Source: Lachnospiraceae bacterium
GTDB taxonomy: Bacteria; Bacillota; Clostridia; Lachnospirales; Lachnospiraceae
Length of the DNA stretch: 64,000 nt
Reading direction: 5' to 3'
NCBI GenBank assembly: GCA_017544285.1
Contig: JAFYEL010000075.1
Coordinates: forward strand, 2,616 to 66,615
Shown: positions 55,310-62,915 of the stretch, piece by piece
Layout: each line of letters begins with the position of its first letter
Numbering within the stretch: the stretch's first letter is position 1
Position numbers and translations under genes: made by a program
The notes under the pieces: generated by a model
The model's input: the letters and a program-made list of their open reading frames with translations, nothing else
Told to the model about the DNA's origin: nothing
Databases searched by the model: none

Positions 55310-56611
55310 TTATGAAAGCGCATCCTCGTCAAGTACGATGGGAGTTACCCACCAGGGGACTTCGGGAAGCTTGAACCTTCCTGTGACAAATGCAAAGATG
55401 CAGCTGTAACCCGGATTCTTACCGGGGAAGGTTCCGAAACCGTCAGTGAAGTATATCATCCCTCGAAAGTCGCTGAAAACTCTTTCGTAGAGAAGGCCCT
55501 CCATGTATTCAAAGGCGGGCTTGAAATCCGAGCCTCCGGCAAAGCCGCCGGTGATACCGTCTATGAAAGCATTTATATCATCCATTTCCCGAAGGACCGT
55601 ATCCGTCAGGTTGTTTTTGTAATCGCTCTGGATAATGTGGAAATCCACGTTTTCCGAGTAACGGTTCTCGCTCTTTATGATGTCAACGGTCTTCCGAAGG
55701 AAGGTTTTTATGACTTCGGCGGGGCAGAATGAGGTGGTATCCAGAACTATGGCGTAGTCCTTTACGTTTCGCCCCTTTGTCAGTTCCATCGGCTCCACGA
55801 ACGGCATGCCGTCGTAATGGGTAATGCCGTAGGTGTAGTAGATGTAATCGAATTCGTCATCCGATACGCTGACGCCGTCGTGCTCTTTGCAAAAGCGCTC
55901 TAAGGTCTTGCGGTAATTGTATCTGGGACGGGTGGCTTCGTTCAGGTTGTCCATGAAGATCTCGCCGCGGCCGGAATTTTTTGAAAAGACCTTGAGCTCG
56001 ATCTTTATCCTGTCGCTTATGCGCTGCCAGATGTTCAGTGACTCCTCATAACCCGTCTCCGTTTTGTGATAGTAATGGGTGTCCCGGGTAAAGACCTTCC
56101 GGTATGCCGCCCTTTCCTCCTCTGAAGGGGGATGGGTAAGGAAGAAACGGTAGATGTTCTCCGCGGTCATATCGGTGGAGTACCGCTTGATGTCGGTACG
56201 GCTCTGCATGAGTTCCCGGTCGGAGGCCAGGGCAAAATCCGGTATGCCCAGGTCTATGATGAGATTCTCGATGGCGATGTCGCAGGCCAGATCCCAGAGG
56301 TCTGCCGTGGGCCTGCCGTACTTGAAGGTATGGACAAACACGGCGTGGCAAAGGGTGTGGAGCAGTATCCTCAGGGGTGCGTTTGAATCCTCTATGTTCT
56401 TTTTAAGGATGAAAGAAGGCTCGTAGTAAAGGGTGTTGCCCCGGAGACTCACACCGTCAACGTCGTGGCTGTATGCCAGCTTTATGCGCTCCGTGGCAAC
56501 GCTCATGAAGCTCAGTCTATCCAGGATCTGATCCGTGGCTTTTTGGAACATTTCCTCCACGTGTTCCCGGATTGTGTTCGTTCTTTCAACCTGATCGTTA
56601 TATACTTCCAT
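55310..56611 (-). CDS. VWA-domain protein with N-terminal DUF2201_N-type (metallopeptidase-like) domain
   Basis: The N-domain has 'LLHTLCHAVFVH' where the family usually shows HExxH. The C-terminal VWA-like domain has 'AIVLDTTSF' (degenerate MIDAS) and 'IYFTDGFG'. It lies 47 nt upstream of the AAA+ gene on the same strand. Confidence 0.7.
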   Translation of the reverse strand: MEVYNDQVERTNTIREHVEEMFQKATDQILDRLSFMSVATERIKLAYSHDVDGVSLRGNTLYYEPSFILKKNIEDSNAPLRILLHTLCHAVFVHTFKYGRPTADLWDLACDIAIENLIIDLGIPDFALASDRELMQSRTDIKRYSTDMTAENIYRFFLTHPPSEEERAAYRKVFTRDTHYYHKTETGYEESLNIWQRISDRIKIELKVFSKNSGRGEIFMDNLNEATRPRYNYRKTLERFCKEHDGVSVSDDEFDYIYYTYGITHYDGMPFVEPMELTKGRNVKDYAIVLDTTSFCPAEVIKTFLRKTVDIIKSENRYSENVDFHIIQSDYKNNLTDTVLREMDDINAFIDGITGGFAGGSDFKPAFEYMEGLLYERVFSDFRGMIYFTDGFGTFPGKNPGYSCIFAFVTGRFKLPEVPWWVTPIVLDEDALS

Positions 56612-56660
56612 TTGACCTTTAGTTTACAGATGTTGCTTAACAATAATTCAGACAAGGACC

Positions 56661-56689
56661 ATTATACTATTTACGGAGGGATATGACAA
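56661..56689 (-). promoter_or_regulatory. Promoter candidate for the VWA/AAA+ operon
   Basis: Read on the minus strand: TTGTCA (56689..56684), 17-nt spacer, TATAAT (56666..56661), ~50 nt upstream of the ATG at 56611. Confidence 0.55.
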
Positions 56690-56774
56690 TAAAGGGATAT
56701 CAAAAATCCCTAAAAATTAGGGGCTGAACGGTCGGGGAGGCTGGAGTAAGATTGATATGTCCAGCCATGCAAGC

Positions 56775-56789
56775 AGAGGTGCTGGAAGA
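56775..56789 (+). repeat. Left copy of exact 15-bp direct repeat AGAGGTGCTGGAAGA
   Basis: Identical 15-mer recurs at 58972..58986. Both lie in intergenic DNA and bracket the AT-richer small-ORF + NERD-NTPase segment. Confidence 0.85.
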
Positions 56790-56899
56790 GTAATCCGCCA
56801 AATCCGGAAAATAAAGGCATGTATTTCTCCGTATCCGGGATGTTTTTCACCTTTCACGGATGATATGATCTTGTTGCGAGAAGGGAAAGGAAGGGAAAT

Positions 56900-57067
56900 A
56901 TGGGAGTTGCGGAGAGAATAAAAATATGCAGACTTCTGGAGCTTATGGAAAGTCAGAAGAAATATTGCAGGGAAGTGGGAATGGCTGATCTGTCAAGACT
57001 TGTTGAAAGGGCTCCGGAAGAAAACGGAAAAAGAAAAGCATCTGAAGGGAGTGATGTGATATGTTGA
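56900..57067 (+). CDS. Small hypothetical protein (55 aa), below the ORF-track cutoff
   Basis: ATG behind AAGGAAGGG. Sequence MGVAERIKICRLLELMESQKKYCREVGMADLSRLVERAPEENGKRKASEGSDVIC. Its stop overlaps the next ATG (ATGTTGA), suggesting translational coupling. Confidence 0.35.
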   Translation: MGVAERIKICRLLELMESQKKYCREVGMADLSRLVERAPEENGKRKASEGSDVIC

Positions 57068-57282
57068 CATTGTTATTTATAGCTTTGATGATAGGCGTGT
57101 TCGGAAAAATACTTTGGTTTGCGATCAAGGTTTCATGGTCGGTTGTGAAGATAGTGCTTGCATGTGTCGTCCTTCCGATAATCCTGGTTGCGCTGTTCGC
57201 ACTGGACCTTGCGGTCATAGTCATACCGGTGCTGGTGATCGGAGCTATAATCACGGCGCTGGCAAAACCTGCTGTAGGATAA
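57061..57282 (+). CDS. Small hydrophobic membrane protein (73 aa)
   Basis: MLTLLFIALMIGVFGKILWFAIKVSWSVVKIVLACVVLPIILVALFALDLAVIVIPVLVIGAIITALAKPAVG is almost entirely TM helices. A terminator follows. Confidence 0.5.
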   Translation: MLTLLFIALMIGVFGKILWFAIKVSWSVVKIVLACVVLPIILVALFALDLAVIVIPVLVIGAIITALAKPAVG

Positions 57283-57311
57283 AAAGTATAATTATATCAT
57301 CTCCTTAAGAA

Positions 57312-57345
57312 ACCCGGGGACCTTGCATGGTACTCCGGGTTTTCT
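57312..57345 (+). terminator. Terminator-like hairpin after the small membrane gene
   Basis: ACCCGGGG (57312..57319) pairs with CTCCGGGT (57333..57340; one G-U pair), 13-nt loop, then TTTCT. Confidence 0.45.
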
Positions 57346-57370
57346 GCGCTGTAAAATCCGGACGGGAATA

Positions 57371-57399
57371 TTGCATTGCGGGTTTTGCACCTATATAAT
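57371..57399 (+). promoter_or_regulatory. Near-consensus promoter for the NERD-NTPase gene
   Basis: TTGCAT (57371..57376), 17-nt spacer, TATAAT (57394..57399), 23 nt upstream of the ATG at 57422 (SD GCAGAGGTG). Confidence 0.6.
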
Positions 57400-57421
57400 T
57401 AGATTAGCAGAGGTGTTTTTT

Positions 57422-58945
57422 ATGAAACCCATCAATATTTATGCATTGACGAGAATAACCAAACCGGATGATATAATGCGTCTCGAAAGGCAGATGTCCG
57501 GCAGGAACAGCTTCATGAAGGTGAAGCCCTGGGAAGTGGATGACCTTAAGATGTTTGCGGAGAAGCTTCTGGAAATAGCAAAAGGTCCCTCAGTTCTGCG
57601 CTTTTATTACTCCTTTGTCATGCCAAGGCTGGGCAAGGAATTCGATCTTTTGAGAGTGGGCAGGACCTATGTGATAAATGTGGAATTAAAGAGCCGCGCC
57701 GTGCCCCATGAGACCGTTAAAAAACAGCTCCTGCAGAACCGGCATTACCTTTCGGCCCTGGGTCTCAATGTGTATTCCTTTACCTTCCTTCGTGAGTCCG
57801 GACAGCTTGTCAGGCTTTCAAACAGCGGCCGGCTCATAGAATCCGATCCGGAAGAGCTGATGGGCCTCATAGAGGGGCAGGGAAAATGCTTTGACGGCGA
57901 TATCGAGCTTCTTTTCCGGGAGGACAGGTATCTGATATCGCCCCTCACGGACCCCGGCAGATTTTTACGCAAGGAATACTTCCTCACGTGGCAGCAGACG
58001 GATATCAAGAAAAAGATGCTGGGAAGGATAAAACAGGCTTTCGAAGAAGGCATCAGTCCGCCGATACAGGGTTTCACCGGATACCCGGGTACGGGCAAGA
58101 CCCTGCTGCTTTACGATCTTGCCATGGAGCTTTCCGAAAAAGACAGGGTATGTGTCTTCCATTTCGGATCTCATGAAAAGGAACTTGAGGAGCTGGACGA
58201 CAGGCTAAAGCGGGTGGACTATTATTACTGTGAGGAGAATGAGGATATCTCTCCGGGGCAGGACTATAAAGTGATACTCGTGGACGAAGGGCACAGGCTT
58301 ACGTACAGATCCATGGGGCAGATCATCTCTCTGTCAAAGGAGTGGAAGGCTCCGGTCATAATATCCTATGACCGTGAAAACGATATCCATCCCTCGGAGC
58401 GCGAATTCGAAGGAGCGGATATCATAGAGGGGGTACCGGGGTACACGGGATATTTTCTTACCAACAGGATCAGACTGAACAGCGAACTGTCAACCTTTAT
58501 CAGAAGGCTGGTGCATCCCGGCGGCGGCAATCACAAAAGGGAGTATCCTTCGGTCACTCTCATGTATTCACAAAATGAAGAGGAGACCCGTACTCTCCTT
58601 GGCATTCTCGGAGGTGAGGACTTCTTTTTCATCTATGATGAGGAGGACTTTGATGCGGCGCAGACCGGCGGATATGAGGAGATACTTCCCTGCATCGGAG
58701 CAATGGAAGCTACCTGCAAGGAATATGACCGGGTGGTGATGCTGATAGGCCCCGGGTTTTACTATGATGATTCCGGATATATGAGGTATAATGGAACAGA
58801 TCCGTCTGGAACGCAGATCTGCGGCAGGGTCAGGAAGCTTTTTCACGGCTTGAGCCGTGCAAAGGAAAAGATCGCGCTGGTGATCGAATCGGATCCGGAA
58901 CTGTTTGAAGCGGTGTTATCCCTGCTTTGGCCGGAAACAAAGTGA
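57422..58945 (+). CDS. NERD-like PD-(D/E)xK nuclease domain fused to a P-loop NTPase / SF1-helicase-like (DUF2075-like) domain
   Basis: 507 aa from MKPINIY. Nuclease motif 'EFD75LLRV...VINVE88LK90'. 'LTWQQ' Q-like motif, Walker A GYPGTGKT (aa 220-227), Walker B VILVDEGHRL, and C-terminal 'CKEYDRVVMLIG...LFHGLSRAKEKIALVI' like the UvrD_C/helicase motif VI region. The track start at 57323 is an extension. Confidence 0.7.
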   Translation: MKPINIYALTRITKPDDIMRLERQMSGRNSFMKVKPWEVDDLKMFAEKLLEIAKGPSVLRFYYSFVMPRLGKEFDLLRVGRTYVINVELKSRAVPHETVKKQLLQNRHYLSALGLNVYSFTFLRESGQLVRLSNSGRLIESDPEELMGLIEGQGKCFDGDIELLFREDRYLISPLTDPGRFLRKEYFLTWQQTDIKKKMLGRIKQAFEEGISPPIQGFTGYPGTGKTLLLYDLAMELSEKDRVCVFHFGSHEKELEELDDRLKRVDYYYCEENEDISPGQDYKVILVDEGHRLTYRSMGQIISLSKEWKAPVIISYDRENDIHPSEREFEGADIIEGVPGYTGYFLTNRIRLNSELSTFIRRLVHPGGGNHKREYPSVTLMYSQNEEETRTLLGILGGEDFFFIYDEEDFDAAQTGGYEEILPCIGAMEATCKEYDRVVMLIGPGFYYDDSGYMRYNGTDPSGTQICGRVRKLFHGLSRAKEKIALVIESDPELFEAVLSLLWPETK

Positions 58946-58971
58946 TATATTGGGGGGTAGGAAATAGCCCG

Positions 58972-58986
58972 AGAGGTGCTGGAAGA
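58972..58986 (+). repeat. Right copy of exact 15-bp direct repeat AGAGGTGCTGGAAGA
   Basis: Identical to 56775..56789. It lies 33 nt upstream of the flavin-reductase ATG. Confidence 0.85.
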
Positions 58987-59018
58987 TAAGAAACTGAAGG
59001 TTTATTAAGGAGGAAAAA

Positions 59019-59489
59019 ATGAATTTTACAACAGACATCTTTGAGAAATTTGACAAGCAGTGGGCGCTGCTCACAGCCGGAAATTCGGACAGCTTTAATA
59101 TGATGACCATAAGCTGGGGCGGCCTCGGAACACTGTGGAGTAAGCCCGTGGCTACGGTGTATGTGCGCACATCCAGGTATACCCATGATTTTATGGACCG
59201 GGAGGATTATTTCACCATAAGTTTTTTCCCGGAAGAGTATAAGAAGGCCCTGGGAGTGCTTGGCTCAAAGTCAGGCAGGGAAATGGACAAGATGAAGGAC
59301 AGCACCCTCACCCCCAAGGCTCTGGATAAGTCCATGACCTTTGAAGAGGCAGAGGTAACGCTCGTGTGCAGAAAGCTCTTCAGGCAGGAGCTTTCGGTGG
59401 AAAATATCCCCGAGGGAATAGTGAAGGCTGCCTATGAGGGACAGGCTCCCCATGACATGTACATCGGTGAGGTAGTTGAGATCATCTGA
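59019..59489 (+). CDS. Flavin reductase-like (FMN-binding split-barrel) family protein
   Basis: 'FDKQWALLTAGNSDSFNMMTISWGGLGTLWSKPVATVYVRTSRYTHDFM' matches the flavin-reductase-like domain pattern. AAGGAGG SD. Confidence 0.7.
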   Translation: MNFTTDIFEKFDKQWALLTAGNSDSFNMMTISWGGLGTLWSKPVATVYVRTSRYTHDFMDREDYFTISFFPEEYKKALGVLGSKSGREMDKMKDSTLTPKALDKSMTFEEAEVTLVCRKLFRQELSVENIPEGIVKAAYEGQAPHDMYIGEVVEII

Positions 59490-59670
59490 GGGGCTTAAGC
59501 AAGTGCGGACTGTGTTTTGACCGCAACGAGTTTGACTGGACAAAGGAGAACATCCTGGATATTCAGTTTCTTTCTTAATATCAGATCACGATAAAATACA
59601 ATCGACTGATATATAGTTAAGTTTACCTAAAATCGAGATCGAAATATGTGAAATATTCCGTCTTTACTAC

Positions 59671-59688
59671 TAACATGTTAACATGTTA
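59671..59688. promoter_or_regulatory. Perfect 18-bp palindrome, candidate operator upstream of the TRAP operon
   Basis: TAACATGTTAACATGTTA is its own reverse complement. A third half-site, TAACATGT, lies at 59704..59711. The region is AT-rich and ~95 nt before the dctP ATG. Confidence 0.45.
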
Positions 59689-59783
59689 CACTGTTCCCAT
59701 AAGTAACATGTCAGTTCGTTGGCGCATATCGCCCGGAATGAAAACAAACTAAAGCATACCAGATCAGATTAGGAGGTTACATT

Positions 59784-60947
59784 ATGAGAAAGAAACTATT
59801 ATCAGTCGTTATGGCGGCTACATTGGCTGCTTCAGCACTGGTTGGATGCGGTCTTCAGGCAGCGGATCAGGCAGCGGCACCTGCGGCAGAAGCTCCCAAG
59901 GAGGAGGCAGCAGCACCCGCAGCCGAGGCACCCAAGGAAGAGGCAGCACCTGCAGCCGAGGCACCCAAGGAAGAGGCAGCACCCGCAGCCGAGGCACAGA
60001 GTGACTCACCCGCAGCCGGGGATCCTAAGGTAACCCTCGTAATGGCAGAGGTTAACCCTCTTGATACCATCGTCGGCGGAATGGATTCAAAGTTCAAGGA
60101 AGAGTGCGAGAGACTGTCAGGCGGTTCTATTGAGATCGACCTTCAGGCAGGCGGCGTTCTCGGTTCCGAGAATGATGTGCTTGATACCATGCTCGGCGGC
60201 GGCGGTACCATTGATATGTCCCGTATTTCCGCATTTGCACTTACCAGCTACGGCGGAAATAAGTCATTACTTCTTTCACTTCCTTATACTTTTGTAAACA
60301 GAGATCACTTCTGGAACTTTGCCACCAGTGATCTTGCTCAGGAATTCCTCACCGAGCCTCAGGAAAACGGTACCGGTATCCGCGGCCTTTTCTATGGCGA
60401 GGAAGGTTTCCGTCATTTCTTCTCCGCAAAAGAGATCAACAGTATCGAAGACCTTAAGGGTATGAAGATAAGAGTTTCCAATGACCCCGTAATGAACGGA
60501 CTGGTTGAGGGCCTTGGAGCATCTCCTACAGTTGTTTCCTTCGGTGAGCTTTATTCAGCTCTTCAGACCGGCGTTGTGGATGCAGCTGAGCAGCCCATTG
60601 CAAACTACAAGTCAAACGCTTTCCCCGAGGTAGCAAACAACATGATCCTTGACGGCCACACTCTCGGTGCGGTTGAGGTTGTTATCACCGATGAAGCATG
60701 GAATAAGCTTACCCCTGCTCAGCAGGATGCCATGACCGAGGCAGGTAAGATCGCATCTCAGTATTGCCGCGAGATGTCCGGCGAAAAGGAAAAAGAGGTT
60801 CTTGACCAGCTTAAAGCAGAAGGCTGCAATGTGGTAGAAGTTACCGACATTAAGCCCTGGCAGGATGCCGTTTCAAAGGTTATCGATGAGAACGTGAACA
60901 CGGACGAGCTCAAAGACCTGTATCAGCAGATACTCGATCTTCAGTGA
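59784..60947 (+). CDS. dctP: TRAP transporter substrate-binding lipoprotein (DctP family)
   Basis: Lipobox LVGC, Ala/Pro/Glu/Lys repeat tether, then DctP-type body ('MAEVNPLDT', 'KIRVSNDPV', 'ALQTGVVDAAEQP'). Confidence 0.88.
   Translation: MRKKLLSVVMAATLAASALVGCGLQAADQAAAPAAEAPKEEAAAPAAEAPKEEAAPAAEAPKEEAAPAAEAQSDSPAAGDPKVTLVMAEVNPLDTIVGGMDSKFKEECERLSGGSIEIDLQAGGVLGSENDVLDTMLGGGGTIDMSRISAFALTSYGGNKSLLLSLPYTFVNRDHFWNFATSDLAQEFLTEPQENGTGIRGLFYGEEGFRHFFSAKEINSIEDLKGMKIRVSNDPVMNGLVEGLGASPTVVSFGELYSALQTGVVDAAEQPIANYKSNAFPEVANNMILDGHTLGAVEVVITDEAWNKLTPAQQDAMTEAGKIASQYCREMSGEKEKEVLDQLKAEGCNVVEVTDIKPWQDAVSKVIDENVNTDELKDLYQQILDLQ
59871..59999 (+). repeat. Tandem 33-36-bp coding repeats (AAPAAEAPKEE tether)
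   Basis: AAAPAAEAPKEE, AAAPAAEAPKEE, AAPAAEAPKEE, then AAPAAEAQ. The units are near-identical at the DNA level. Confidence 0.85.
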
Positions 60948-60965
60948 TCAGAATAAGTTGTTTAA

Positions 60966-60993
60966 CGGGGGCACGTAAAAATGCCCCCGTTTT
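60966..60993 (+). terminator. Intercistronic hairpin/partial terminator between dctP and dctQ
   Basis: CGGGGGCA (60966..60973) / TGCCCCCG (60982..60989), then TTTT. Such hairpins typically set the binding-protein>>permease expression ratio. Confidence 0.6.
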
Positions 60994-61008
60994 AAGAAGG
61001 TGAGAGAG

Positions 61009-61617
61009 ATGTTCGAGAAATTAGACAAAATCAAACCCGCATACGATGTGATATACAAAGTGATACTGGTGATCTGCAAATTGTTTCTTATTGCGGACAT
61101 CCTGATCACCACAATGTCTGTCCTTGGCCGTTATATCAAGTTTATTCCCGACCCGTCCTGGTCCGAAGAGGTGGTGCTGACACTTATGTCCTACATGGCC
61201 GTATTGTCCGCCGCACTTGCAATAAGGCGGGGAGCTCACATAAGGATGACGGCATTCGACAGATATCTGCCCGAAAAAGCGCTTAAGGTGCTGGATATCA
61301 TTTCGGACATGGTAGTAATTGCATTCGCCGTTGTTATGATGGTGGTCGGTACAAAGTATGCCGTCACCATAGGCGCCAAGGGCTCCTACGTTTCGATGCC
61401 GAGTGTTTCGAAGATATGGATGTATCTTCCCGTTCCCGTTGCAGGAGTGGCAATGATCGTGTTCGAACTGGAGGCTTTTTATGCCCATATCAAGTCACTT
61501 GTCCTTGGGACCGAATACATGTCGGGAGCCGTGGAGGATAAGGATGAAATAAAGGAAACGCTTAAGAAAGCATCGGCCGAAGAGGCAGCTGCCGGGAAAA
61601 AGGAGGGGGATGCGTAA
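61009..61617 (+). CDS. dctQ: TRAP transporter small permease (DctQ family)
   Basis: Four TM helices and 'AIRRGAHIRMTAF', typical of DctQ. ATG at 61009 preferred (GTG at 61000 is possible). Charged C-terminal tail. Confidence 0.85.
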   Translation: MFEKLDKIKPAYDVIYKVILVICKLFLIADILITTMSVLGRYIKFIPDPSWSEEVVLTLMSYMAVLSAALAIRRGAHIRMTAFDRYLPEKALKVLDIISDMVVIAFAVVMMVVGTKYAVTIGAKGSYVSMPSVSKIWMYLPVPVAGVAMIVFELEAFYAHIKSLVLGTEYMSGAVEDKDEIKETLKKASAEEAAAGKKEGDA

Positions 61618-62912
61618 TGGATACACAGACACTGGCAATAGTAGTTTTGCTCGGAAGTTTTCTGTTAATGGTTTTGCTCCGTTTTCCCATTGCCTATGCG
61701 GTAGGAGTCTCTTCCGTATTATGCCTGATGGTTCAGGGATTGCCTCTTTCCACCATGTGCCAGTACCTTGTTAAAGGTATCAGTTCCTTTTCGCTGATGG
61801 CTGTTCCCTTTTTCATAACCATGGGCGTTCTGATGGGAACAGGCGGAATATCGGAAAAGCTCATCGCCCTGGCTGATTCCTTTGTGGGATGGATGACCGG
61901 CGGAATGGCCATGGTCAATATAGTTGCCTCATATTTCTTCGGGGGAATATCGGGTTCGGCAGCTGCCGATACTGCATCCATCGGATCCATAATGATACCC
62001 ATGATGGTAGAACAGGGTTATGATGATGACTTTTCCACCGCGGTTACCATTACATCATCCTGTGAGGGACTGCTGGTCCCGCCCAGCCACAACATGGTAA
62101 TTTATGCAATGAGTGCCGGCGGAGTGTCGGTGGGGGCTTTGTTCCTTGCCGGATATATACCGGGAGCGCTGCTTGCGGTATCCCTGATGGTGGGATCCTA
62201 TATCATCTCCAAGAAAAGGAATTATCCGAAGGGTGAAAAGTTCTCCATAAAGCGTGTGGGACGTCAGCTGGTATCTTCCATTTGGGCTCTGGCAGCCGTA
62301 CTGATAGTTGTGGTGGGAGTTGTTATGGGACTGTTTACCGCAACGGAATCCGCAGCCATAGCCGTAATATACAGCCTCATTGTTTCGGTCTTCATCTATA
62401 AGGGACTGGACTGGAAGGGCGTATGGAAGGCTTTGGATAAATGCATAGACACACTTTCCATCGTGCTGATCCTTATTTCAACCTCGGCAATATTCGGATT
62501 CTGCCTGACCAGGCTTCATGTGCCGGATATGGCCAGCAAGGCGATACTGGGTGTATCAAACAATCCCTATGTCATTGCGGTGCTCATAGATCTGATATTG
62601 CTCTTCCTGGGATGTATCATGGATATGGCACCCATAATCCTTATTGCCACGCCCATACTGCTTCCCATCGCCACATCCATCGGTATCACGCCGGTACAGT
62701 TCGGTATCATAATGGTGCTCAACTGCGGTATCGGACTGCTGACACCGCCGGTAGGAGCGGTGCTGTTTATCGGATCGGCTGTTGGCCATTGCAAGATGGA
62801 AAGAGTGGTAAAGGCTACACTGCCGTTCTATCTGTTCATGATCATCACGCTGCTGCTGGTAACATTTATCCCCGGAATAGCAATGTTCCTTCCGAACCTG
62901 CTGGGGAATTGA
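61617..62912 (+). CDS. dctM: TRAP transporter large permease (DctM family)
   Basis: 431-aa polytopic protein. 'MAVPFFITMGVLM', 'GGISGSAAADTASIGSIMIPMM' and 'NCGIGLLTPPVGAVLF' are DctM hallmarks. The start overlaps the dctQ stop (TAATG). Confidence 0.92.
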   Translation: MDTQTLAIVVLLGSFLLMVLLRFPIAYAVGVSSVLCLMVQGLPLSTMCQYLVKGISSFSLMAVPFFITMGVLMGTGGISEKLIALADSFVGWMTGGMAMVNIVASYFFGGISGSAAADTASIGSIMIPMMVEQGYDDDFSTAVTITSSCEGLLVPPSHNMVIYAMSAGGVSVGALFLAGYIPGALLAVSLMVGSYIISKKRNYPKGEKFSIKRVGRQLVSSIWALAAVLIVVVGVVMGLFTATESAAIAVIYSLIVSVFIYKGLDWKGVWKALDKCIDTLSIVLILISTSAIFGFCLTRLHVPDMASKAILGVSNNPYVIAVLIDLILLFLGCIMDMAPIILIATPILLPIATSIGITPVQFGIIMVLNCGIGLLTPPVGAVLFIGSAVGHCKMERVVKATLPFYLFMIITLLLVTFIPGIAMFLPNLLGN

Positions 62913-62915
62913 TAT

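Noticed and set aside
54111-55409. 432-aa plus-strand ORF opposite the AAA+ ATPase gene
   Set aside because: It is a shadow ORF. The minus-strand frame has unambiguous Walker A, Walker B and sensor motifs. The plus-strand product is a Gly/Val/Leu/His-rich low-information sequence crossing an intergenic gap.
56693-56712. Small hairpin AGGGAT-ATCAAAA-ATCCCT upstream of the VWA gene as a terminator
   Set aside because: The stem is only 6 bp with no convincing U-tract on either strand. It lies just upstream of the -35 element on the minus strand. It could be a regulator site, but the evidence is insufficient.
57408-57416. Third partial copy (GCAGAGGTG) of the 15-bp repeat just before the NERD-NTPase ATG
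   Set aside because: The match is only 9 nt and coincides with a Shine-Dalgarno-like GAGGTG. This is within chance expectation and better explained as the RBS.
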